This document shows, in pieces, positions 48,409-56,348 of a stretch of DNA of 64,000 nucleotides. Where the stretch lies: positions 129,205 through 193,204 of the forward strand of contig JBBRPH010000001.1 of assembly GCA_038228295.1 (NCBI GenBank), in the 5' to 3' direction. The stretch's first letter is position 1. Every line of letters begins with the position of its first letter. Position numbers and translations under genes: made by a program. The DNA is from Chloroflexia bacterium. Lineage in GTDB: Bacteria; Chloroflexota; Chloroflexia; QHBQ01; JAICKM01. The notes beneath the pieces were generated by a model, which was not told the DNA's origin, made no database searches, and saw nothing but the letters and a program-made list of their open reading frames with translations.

Positions 48409-48461
48409 TTGACTCCACCCGGTGACAGGAGTATACTAGGCGATATTACGAAACCGGTTTC
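48409..48461 (+). promoter_or_regulatory. Promoter (TTGACT-16-TATACT) with overlapping 14-bp perfect palindrome cgaaaccggtttcg (candidate LacI-type operator)
   Basis: -35 48409-48414, -10 48431-48436, palindrome 48448-48461 just upstream of LacI-family gene. Confidence 0.5.
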
Positions 48462-48495
48462 GGAATTTCCGGCCCTACTGTGCAAAGGGGCACCT

Positions 48496-49539
48496 ATGGC
48501 AACGATCTATGACGTGGCAGAGCGGGCCGGCGTATCCCCAGCGACCGTCTCGAAGGCACTAGCGAATCGGCAGCATGTCAGTGCGGCCACGCGGGCGCGC
48601 GTCGTAGCGGCGGCGGCGGAACTGGCTTTCATCCCCAACCCCATCGCCCGTCATCTGTCGAACCGCCGCACGGGAGTAGTCGGCTTCCTGATTCCCTACG
48701 TGCCCGACTACCTGTTTAGCGACCCGTTTCTGCTGGAGTTTATTCGCGGCATGGCCGACAACTTGGCCGAGCAGGATTTCCATCTGCTGTTGGCGATGCC
48801 CCGCCCATCGGGTGAAAGCGGCAGCGATCCCTACCGCCGCTTGCGTCAGGGCATGGTAGACGGCGCGATTGTGCTGGAAAGCGACGGCGGCAGCGGGCCG
48901 GCGGCCGCGCTGGCCGATCAGACGTATCCCTGGATCACACTGGGCTACCGGCGCGAAGACGACGGCAGCAGCAGCCGTAACCTGATCCATGCCGACGACT
49001 ACGGTGGCGCGCTACGCCTGACACGACATCTGCAAAGCCTGGGGCATACACGCATCGGCGTGATCAGTGGCCCGCACCGTCTGATGGGCGCGTTGGAAGA
49101 GCGATTGCGGGGCTATCGCGCCGCCGTGGCCGGCACCGGGCAGAGACTTGATCCGACGCTGCTGACCTACGGCGACTTCACGCCCGAAAGCGGCTATCGG
49201 GCCGTAGATCAGTTGCTCGACTTAGACGCACCGCCGACCGCCATTTTCGCACTCAACGACCGCATGGCACTCGGTGCGATCAGCCGCATCCATGAACGCG
49301 GCTTGCGCGTGCCCGCTGATCTATCGGTGGCCGGCTTCGACGATGTGCAGGCGGCCGCACTGGCGGTGCCGCCGTTGACCACGGTGCGCCAGCCCGGCTT
49401 TGACATGGGCCTGCGCGCCGCGACCTTACTAGGTCGGCTGATTCGCCAGGAATTGGCGCAGTTCGAGAGCGAGGTGCTACCGACCGAGGTGATCGTGCGG
49501 GCTTCGACGGCGGCTCCCGCGCCGCCTATAAGGAGGTGA
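48496..49539 (+). CDS. LacI-family transcriptional regulator
   Basis: N-terminal HTH ATIYDVAERAGVSPATVSKAL; periplasmic-binding-protein-like effector domain. Confidence 0.85.
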   Translation: MATIYDVAERAGVSPATVSKALANRQHVSAATRARVVAAAAELAFIPNPIARHLSNRRTGVVGFLIPYVPDYLFSDPFLLEFIRGMADNLAEQDFHLLLAMPRPSGESGSDPYRRLRQGMVDGAIVLESDGGSGPAAALADQTYPWITLGYRREDDGSSSRNLIHADDYGGALRLTRHLQSLGHTRIGVISGPHRLMGALEERLRGYRAAVAGTGQRLDPTLLTYGDFTPESGYRAVDQLLDLDAPPTAIFALNDRMALGAISRIHERGLRVPADLSVAGFDDVQAAALAVPPLTTVRQPGFDMGLRAATLLGRLIRQELAQFESEVLPTEVIVRASTAAPAPPIRR

Positions 49540-49636
49540 GCGCCTGACTCCAGATCCGCAAGATGGGCAAGCGATAGGTGCGACAAATCGTGCCACAATC
49601 GAATGGACTAGCGCGGCTACCCAAAGGAGGAGAGCT

Positions 49637-50974
49637 TTGAACCGTAATTCTCGAATGTCGGCCCTGGGCCTGTTCACCAGCACAATGCTGCTGCTGGCGG
49701 CCTGCGACAGCAATACCGCCAATACGCCCGCCGCCGGCACCGGCAGCGGAGCCACCAACCCCACCGCTGCCGGCAGCACAGGCGGCGCCAAGATAGCGAT
49801 CCGCTGGCGCACCCGCCCCGGTGATGCCGCCGAGCAAGCCGTCTATCAGGCGCTCAGCGATGAAGCGCAAAAGAACCTGCCCGATATTGACCTGAAGTAC
49901 GATCCGTCGCCTAACCAGGGCTACGAAGACAAGCTGAACACCGAGTTCGCGTCGGGCACTGCGCCGGATGTGGTCTGGGTGCCGGGAGCCAGCAGCGCCA
50001 GCTATGCTAGCCGCAACCTGCTCTACGATATCAAGCCGTTAGTGGATAAAGATACCAGCTTCAAACTGGGCGACTTCTACGATGGTCCGGTCAACGAAGT
50101 AATGCACGACGGTCACCTGTGGGGTATTCCGCGCGATGTCTCCACCCTGGCGATCTATTACAACGCCGATCTGTTCAAGGCCAAGAACCTGCCCACCCCG
50201 ACCGATCTGATGAAGCAGGGTAAGTGGGACTGGGATAACTTCCGCAGCACCGCGAAAGCGCTGACCGGTGGTGACACCTATGGCCTGGGTCTGGCCGACT
50301 GGTGGGGACCGTGGAGCTACTTCGTCTATGCAGCGGGGGGCAGCCTGTTCAACAAGGACAAGACGGCAACCGGCCTCGACACACCGGAGTCGGTCGCCGG
50401 GCTGCAATACCTCAGCGACTTGATCAATGTGGACAAATCCATCCCGCTGCCGACTGCCGCCAATGTGGATGCGGAGGCACTGTTCAACGCCGGCAAGATC
50501 GGCATGATGATCAACGGCCGCTGGTTTACGCCGGGGGTGCGCCAAAACGCCAAATTCAAGTGGGACGTAGAAGAGATGCCGAAAGGCAAAGCTAACGCGA
50601 CCTGGCTATTCTGGGGACCGTATGTGATGAACGCCAAGACGGCCAATCCGGATGCGGCCTGGCGCGTGATCAAAGCCATCACCAGTGCGTCGGCGATGGG
50701 CAAAGTAGCCGACATGGGCAGCAACATCCCAGCCCGCAAAGACCAGGCGGCGGTGGACGCCTTCCTGAAGTCCAGCCCGCCCGCCAACAATCAAGCGTTC
50801 ATTAGCGGGACTAAGTATGCCACCTCGGAAATCCCGCTGTGGACCGCCGACTTCAACGAGTATATGAACAAGCAAGTCCAGCCGATGGTAGATAAAGTGA
50901 TCAGCGGCAAAATGACCGCCGCCGATATGGGCAAGCAAATCAAAGCCGCGACCGACCCGCTGTTCAAGAAATAA
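49637..50974 (+). CDS. ABC sugar transporter substrate-binding lipoprotein (SBP family 1)
   Basis: lipobox LAAC; typical CUT1 SBP length and motifs. Confidence 0.85.
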   Translation: MNRNSRMSALGLFTSTMLLLAACDSNTANTPAAGTGSGATNPTAAGSTGGAKIAIRWRTRPGDAAEQAVYQALSDEAQKNLPDIDLKYDPSPNQGYEDKLNTEFASGTAPDVVWVPGASSASYASRNLLYDIKPLVDKDTSFKLGDFYDGPVNEVMHDGHLWGIPRDVSTLAIYYNADLFKAKNLPTPTDLMKQGKWDWDNFRSTAKALTGGDTYGLGLADWWGPWSYFVYAAGGSLFNKDKTATGLDTPESVAGLQYLSDLINVDKSIPLPTAANVDAEALFNAGKIGMMINGRWFTPGVRQNAKFKWDVEEMPKGKANATWLFWGPYVMNAKTANPDAAWRVIKAITSASAMGKVADMGSNIPARKDQAAVDAFLKSSPPANNQAFISGTKYATSEIPLWTADFNEYMNKQVQPMVDKVISGKMTAADMGKQIKAATDPLFKK

Positions 50975-51070
50975 CGAGCGGTGGCCTATGGTCCGTGGTC
51001 TATAACAGAGTCAGCTACTGACTGCTGCACAGACCACGGACCACAGACCACAGACCACGGAGGAACCGTC

Positions 51071-52027
51071 ATGAGTGAGCAGGTCAAGACCGTCGGGGCT
51101 GCAGCGGTGCCGCGCCGAGGACGGACGCGCGAGAAAGTCGTGTGGACCCCGGCGCGTACCCGTGAAGCGCTGGTCGGCTATCTGTTTCTGCTGCCGAATT
51201 TACTGGGCCTGCTCATTTTTCTGGCGGTCCCACTGCTCAGTTCCCTCTATACCAGTTTCACCGATGCTAATATCTTTCCGACCAATACAAAGATCATCGG
51301 CGTAACAAATTACATTAACGCCGTTAACGACAGCACGTTCCAGCAAGCGGTCAGCAACACCGGCGCATTCCTGATCGGATTCTTGCCGCTATCGATCATT
51401 CCCGCGTTGGCGCTGGCCGTGTTGCTGCACAGCCAAATCCGAGGCAAAACGGTGTTCCGGGTCGCCTTTTTCCTGCCGGTGGTCGCTTCGGTCGTCGGCG
51501 TGTCACTGCTTTGGCGCTGGTTGTTCCAGTACGACTTTGGCCCGGTCAATCAGTTGCTGGGCCTATTCGGCATCGCCAAAATTCACTGGCTGGAGTCGTC
51601 CGATTGGGCCATGATCAGCGTGATCGTGGTCGCCTCCTGGCAGGCAATTGGCTATAACATGGTGCTGTTCTTGGCCGGCTTGCAGGGCATACCACGCCAG
51701 CTTTACGAAGCCGCCGTGGTAGACGGGGCCACAGAGTGGCAACAATTCCGCCGCGTCACGCTCCCGCTGCTCACGCCGGCCACATTCTTCGTCTTTATCA
51801 CCTCACTGATCAAAGGGTTGCAGGTCTTCTCCGAGCCGGCTACTATGTTCAACGGGGGCAGCCCGGCCAACTCCGCGCTAACGGTGGTCTGGGAACTCTA
51901 TCTCGAAGGGTTCCGCTATTTCAAACTGGGCTATGCCTCGGCGATGGCCTGGTTGCTGTTCCTGGTCATTTTCGTGGTGACACTGATCCAGTTCCGGCTG
52001 TCGGAACGCTGGGTCAACTACGAATAG
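51071..52027 (+). CDS. ABC sugar transporter permease (MalF/UgpA-like)
   Basis: 6 TM; EAA motif region; start at ATG 51071 (ORF-track start 50981 rejected). Confidence 0.85.
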   Translation: MSEQVKTVGAAAVPRRGRTREKVVWTPARTREALVGYLFLLPNLLGLLIFLAVPLLSSLYTSFTDANIFPTNTKIIGVTNYINAVNDSTFQQAVSNTGAFLIGFLPLSIIPALALAVLLHSQIRGKTVFRVAFFLPVVASVVGVSLLWRWLFQYDFGPVNQLLGLFGIAKIHWLESSDWAMISVIVVASWQAIGYNMVLFLAGLQGIPRQLYEAAVVDGATEWQQFRRVTLPLLTPATFFVFITSLIKGLQVFSEPATMFNGGSPANSALTVVWELYLEGFRYFKLGYASAMAWLLFLVIFVVTLIQFRLSERWVNYE

Positions 52028-52036
52028 GAGGCGGCC

Positions 52037-52879
52037 GTGATTTCGCGTATTAAACCGCTCGGCATCGGCACCCAGGTCGTAGTCTATGCGCTGCTGTTGA
52101 TCATTGCGCTAGGGATGGTCTATCCCTTTTATTACTTGGTCAGTACTGCGCTCAAGACGACGCAGGAAACCTCGACCCTACCGGTCGTCTGGTGGCCCGC
52201 CAGCGCGCAGTGGCACAACTTTGTGGATGTGATGAACCTGCCTAACCTGCCCTGGTTCCAGATGCTGGTCAACAGCGTATTCGTCACCGTCTGCGTCACC
52301 GTCGGCCAGATCGTCACCTCCATCATGGGCGGCTATGCCTTCGCCCGGCTGCGCTTCCCTGGCCGCGAGGCGCTGTTCGTCGGCTACCTCGGCTCGATCA
52401 TGATCCCCTTTGTGGTGCTGATGGTGCCGATGTACCAGTTGATGAAAAACCTGCAATGGATCGATAAGCTGGAATCGCTGATCATCCCCTGGATCTTCAG
52501 CGCCTACGGCACATTTCTGTTCCGCCAGTTTTTCAAGACGATCCCCAACGACCTGGAAGAGGCCGCCCTGCTCGACGGAGCGAGCCGTTGGACTATCCTG
52601 TGGCGCATCTTTGTGCCGCTCTCCGGCCCCATCATCGCCACACAGGCGACTTTTACGTTCCTGTATGCCTGGAACAGCTTTCTTTGGCCGTTGATCATCA
52701 TTTCCACTCCGGCCAAAAAGGTACTGACGCTGGGCCTGCTCGATCTGCAAGGCGGCTATGCGACACGGCTGGAATTGGTCATGGCCGGCTCGACCATCGT
52801 AATCTTACCGACGATCCTGATCTTCCTGCTGGCGCAACGCTACTTCGTCGAAGGCATCGCTACGACGGGGCTGAAATAA
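52037..52879 (+). CDS. ABC sugar transporter permease (MalG/UgpE-like)
   Basis: 6 TM; EAAxLDGA motif (EEAALLDGAS). Confidence 0.85.
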   Translation: MISRIKPLGIGTQVVVYALLLIIALGMVYPFYYLVSTALKTTQETSTLPVVWWPASAQWHNFVDVMNLPNLPWFQMLVNSVFVTVCVTVGQIVTSIMGGYAFARLRFPGREALFVGYLGSIMIPFVVLMVPMYQLMKNLQWIDKLESLIIPWIFSAYGTFLFRQFFKTIPNDLEEAALLDGASRWTILWRIFVPLSGPIIATQATFTFLYAWNSFLWPLIIISTPAKKVLTLGLLDLQGGYATRLELVMAGSTIVILPTILIFLLAQRYFVEGIATTGLK

Positions 52880-52901
52880 AGCCCGCCCTAGCCGGCGGCA
52901 C

Positions 52902-53020
52902 CACAGAGGCACAGAGACACGGAGAATTGCGGGAGTTTGAGATTGTCGGCGGCTGCGCGTGTCTCAGCCGCCGCAAGGCTCTTAAACGCTCATTCATCTC
53001 CGTATTTCTGTGCCTCTGTG
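52902..53020. repeat. Long imperfect inverted repeat (23-bp arms cacagaggcacagagacacggag / ctccgtatttctgtgcctctgtg, 21/23 match) enclosing a 9-bp inner hairpin
   Basis: direct reading; lies between permease and GH42 genes. Confidence 0.6.
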
Positions 53021-53054
53021 ATACCATCCTAATCAACAGAGCAAAGGAGATGGG

Positions 53055-55040
53055 ATGCAGCTAGGCGTAGCCTACTATCCCGAACAGTGGGAGCCGAGCC
53101 GCTGGGCCACTGACGCGCGTTTGATGATCGAGGCCGGGCTGACGATAGTCCGCATCGGCGAGTTCGCATGGAGTGTGCTGGAGCCGGAGCCGGGCCGCTA
53201 TTGTTGGGATTGGCTGGATGAGGCGATAGCCGTGCTGCACACCGCTGGGCTAGGTGTGATCGTCGGCACGCCAACCGCCGCTCCGCCGGCCTGGCTGGCC
53301 GCCGACAACCCGGCGGTGCTGCCGGTGCGCGCCGATGGGCGGCTGGCCCAGTTCGGCGGGCGGCGACACTACTGCCCTAGTAGTCCCGTCTACCGTGCCG
53401 CTTGCGCCGCCATTGTCACGGCCGAAGCACGCCATCTGGCCGCGCGACCCGGTTTGATCGGCTGGCAGGTAGACAACGAGTTCGGCAACCACGAATCGGC
53501 GCGCTGTTTTTGCGATCGCTGCCGGGCCGCCTTCCACGCCTGGCTGCAAACACGGTACGACACGCTAGAGTCGCTAAATACCGCCTGGGGCACGCGCTTT
53601 TGGAGCCAACACTACACCGCCTGGGCGCAGATCCCTATGCCGACCGGTGCCGTGGTCGCCCTGCACAGCCCCAGTCTGTGCCTCGATTACTACCGCTTCG
53701 CCTCCGACCTAACGGTGGACTTTTGCCGTGCCCAGGCCGGCATCTTGCGCGATCACACCCCCGACCTGCCGATTACCACTAATGTGTTTCCCGGCGACGA
53801 GCAGTTGGACTTTCACGCCCTGGCCGGCGCGGTAGACTTTCTCAGTTGGGACAACTATCCGCACGGCTTCAGCGGCCCGGCGGAAGTAGCCTTTAATCAC
53901 GACTTGCTGCGCGGCACCGGCCCACGCTACTGGGTGATGGAGCAGCAAGCGGGGATGATTAATTGGACCGCCTATAATCCCCCCGTGCCGCCGGGTCAGG
54001 TGCGGATCTGGACACTACAAGGGCTATTGCACGGCGCAGAGGCGGTGATCTATTTCCGTTGGCGGGCGGGGTTGAGCGGCAGTGAACAATATCACTCCGG
54101 CTTGCTCAAACACAGCGCCGCGCCCGACCGAGGCTACGGCGAGGTACAGGCACTGGCCCACGAACTGCGCGTCGGGCCCACCCTGGGACCACGTCCGCCC
54201 GCAGCGGTCGCCTTGCTGTGGAGCTTCGATGACCTGTGGGCGGTGGAGACCGACCGCCATCACGCCGACTTTCAATACCGCGCGCAGGCCGTGGCGATCT
54301 ACACCAGCCTGTGGGAACACGGTCTCACGGTAGATATTCTGCCCCGCCACACGCCCGCCGCCGGCCTAGCCGCGTATCCCCTGGTGATCGTACCCGCCGC
54401 TGTCGTGGATGATCCCGCTTGGACAGATGAACTTGTAGGATATGTATCCAACGGCGGCGCGCTATTGCTGAACTTGCGGGCTGGAGTTCGTACCACCGCC
54501 AATACCTCGCTACCGATAGCGCTGCCGGGCAGCTTGGCCGCGCTTGTCGGCGCGACGGTGAGCGAGATCCTGTCCCTGCCGCCGGAGCGCACGGTGGGCG
54601 TGCAGACCGCCGCCGGCCTGCTGCGCTGCCCACTGTGGGCCGAGACACTGGAGCCTAGCGACCCGGCGACCCGTGTGGTCTGGCACTACGCCGAGCCACC
54701 CGCCGAACCCGCCTATTACGTCGGTCAGGCTGCGCTTACCCGCCGCCCGCAGGGCAGCGGCGCGGCCTACTACCTGGGTACCTACCCTACCCCCGCTATC
54801 CTTGCCGCACTCTGGACCGGACCGCTCACTGATCTCCTGCCCGGCGCACTTCCCCCTAGCCCGCACCTCGAACGTTTCACCCACACGGTCGGCGACACCA
54901 CTTACCAGATCATCCTCAATCACAGTGATTACGCGCAGCCCGTGCCACTCACCGGCCGCTGGTATGATACGACCGGCCGGCAAGTAGATGCGCTGACGGT
55001 GCGCGGACTAGATAGTGTGGTGCTGCGACGAGAGACGTGA
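53055..55040 (+). CDS. Beta-galactosidase, glycoside hydrolase family 42
   Basis: N-terminal GVAYYPEQW...RIGEFAWS GH42 signature; 661 aa. Confidence 0.9.
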   Translation: MQLGVAYYPEQWEPSRWATDARLMIEAGLTIVRIGEFAWSVLEPEPGRYCWDWLDEAIAVLHTAGLGVIVGTPTAAPPAWLAADNPAVLPVRADGRLAQFGGRRHYCPSSPVYRAACAAIVTAEARHLAARPGLIGWQVDNEFGNHESARCFCDRCRAAFHAWLQTRYDTLESLNTAWGTRFWSQHYTAWAQIPMPTGAVVALHSPSLCLDYYRFASDLTVDFCRAQAGILRDHTPDLPITTNVFPGDEQLDFHALAGAVDFLSWDNYPHGFSGPAEVAFNHDLLRGTGPRYWVMEQQAGMINWTAYNPPVPPGQVRIWTLQGLLHGAEAVIYFRWRAGLSGSEQYHSGLLKHSAAPDRGYGEVQALAHELRVGPTLGPRPPAAVALLWSFDDLWAVETDRHHADFQYRAQAVAIYTSLWEHGLTVDILPRHTPAAGLAAYPLVIVPAAVVDDPAWTDELVGYVSNGGALLLNLRAGVRTTANTSLPIALPGSLAALVGATVSEILSLPPERTVGVQTAAGLLRCPLWAETLEPSDPATRVVWHYAEPPAEPAYYVGQAALTRRPQGSGAAYYLGTYPTPAILAALWTGPLTDLLPGALPPSPHLERFTHTVGDTTYQIILNHSDYAQPVPLTGRWYDTTGRQVDALTVRGLDSVVLRRET

Positions 55041-55098
55041 CGGCGGGAGGCGCGAAGCGGGATCCAGGGCGCTACCGGCAACGCCTCTACAGTCCGAT

Positions 55099-56340
55099 TC
55101 ACGCCACCCAAAACCAGTTCACGAAACGGATCGTGTAGAGCGCCAGCAGCAGAACGCTCACCACCGGCAGCAGGTAAGCCGGCCAGGGCCGCCGCCCCAT
55201 ACGGGCGAGCAGGATGAAAGCGGGGAACAGTACCAGCACGAAGCGTGGCAGCGACAGCAACGGATTATGTGGCGTGGCCGAAAATAGTGGAAACAGTAAC
55301 CCCAGCGTCAGATAAAGCGCGTGGGGCGGACGCAGCATCCCCCGTCGCCAGCCGACGACAGCCACCACCGCAAACAGGATCAGCGTCGCCAGATAGAACC
55401 AGCTCTGCGACTCCTCCTGATATTGGAACGGCGTGTCGAGGGCTACGCGCACCGCGTTGCCGGCCGTCATCCAGGGCCAGCTAAAGGCGCGATTCCACTC
55501 CGCTTGCGTTTGGATAAAGGCCAGCGGCCGGCCCACCGCCCAGGTGGACCACGCCGGCAGTAGTCCCAAAGCTAGGATGGGTGGGACGAACGCTTGGAGT
55601 GCGGAACGAATGCTGCGTGCTGCGTGCTGCGTGCTGGGTGTCGGGGTACGGTTTAGTGAGGCGACGGTGAAACTGCGCGATTCATCGTGCGCGGACGCAG
55701 AACGATGGGCGATCCACCACTCCAGTGCCAAGCAGGGCAGCAACACCACGCCGAAAGGCCGCGTCCAGAGCGCACCCGCCAGACAGAGGCCGGCCACGAG
55801 CCAGCGCCGCTGCCCAACCGCGACGGACATCCCCAGCGCCAGCAGCAGGAACAGCCCTTCGCTGTAGATTGCCCAGAAGAAAAAGGCGGTCGGGAAGATC
55901 GCCAGTGCCAGCACCGCACCGGGCGCCAGCGTGGGGGTGTATTGATCGCAGACTAAGCGGTAGAGCAGCAGCAACACGCCGGCAAAAATCAGCGACGACA
56001 GCAGCACCCCGGCCACAAGGTAGCGCCCACCCAATAGGGTGCCCACGCCACCCACTGCCCACGGATAGAGCGGCAGAAAGGCCGTCGTGCCGTCGTCGGG
56101 GCGATAGCCGGCGGCAGCGATTTGCAGATACCAGAGACCGTCCCAGTGTGCCCAGACTCCCACCAGACGATCCCAGAGGGCGGGGCTGGGCGGCAGGTGA
56201 TAAGGCGCGGTACCGCCGGGCACGCGGCTGGGTAGCGACAGCCCCGCTAGCACCGCCAGCAGCGTCAGGCCCACGCGCAACGCTAACCAGATTGCTAGCG
56301 GTTGCTCATAAGTCCGCAGGAACGCCCGCACACGCGCCAC
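55099..56340 (-). CDS. Polytopic membrane glycosyltransferase, PIG-V/mannosyltransferase-like
   Basis: WDGLWYLQIAAAGY...AFLPLYP motif resembling PIG-V family; 9-10 TM helices. Confidence 0.5.
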   Translation of the reverse strand: MARVRAFLRTYEQPLAIWLALRVGLTLLAVLAGLSLPSRVPGGTAPYHLPPSPALWDRLVGVWAHWDGLWYLQIAAAGYRPDDGTTAFLPLYPWAVGGVGTLLGGRYLVAGVLLSSLIFAGVLLLLYRLVCDQYTPTLAPGAVLALAIFPTAFFFWAIYSEGLFLLLALGMSVAVGQRRWLVAGLCLAGALWTRPFGVVLLPCLALEWWIAHRSASAHDESRSFTVASLNRTPTPSTQHAARSIRSALQAFVPPILALGLLPAWSTWAVGRPLAFIQTQAEWNRAFSWPWMTAGNAVRVALDTPFQYQEESQSWFYLATLILFAVVAVVGWRRGMLRPPHALYLTLGLLFPLFSATPHNPLLSLPRFVLVLFPAFILLARMGRRPWPAYLLPVVSVLLLALYTIRFVNWFWVA

Positions 56341-56348
56341 GATCGGGC

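Noticed and set aside
52588-53064. 158-aa ORF overlapping permease 3' end and the inverted-repeat element
   Set aside because: It runs through the long inverted repeat and into the GH42 start, with no independent coding signal.
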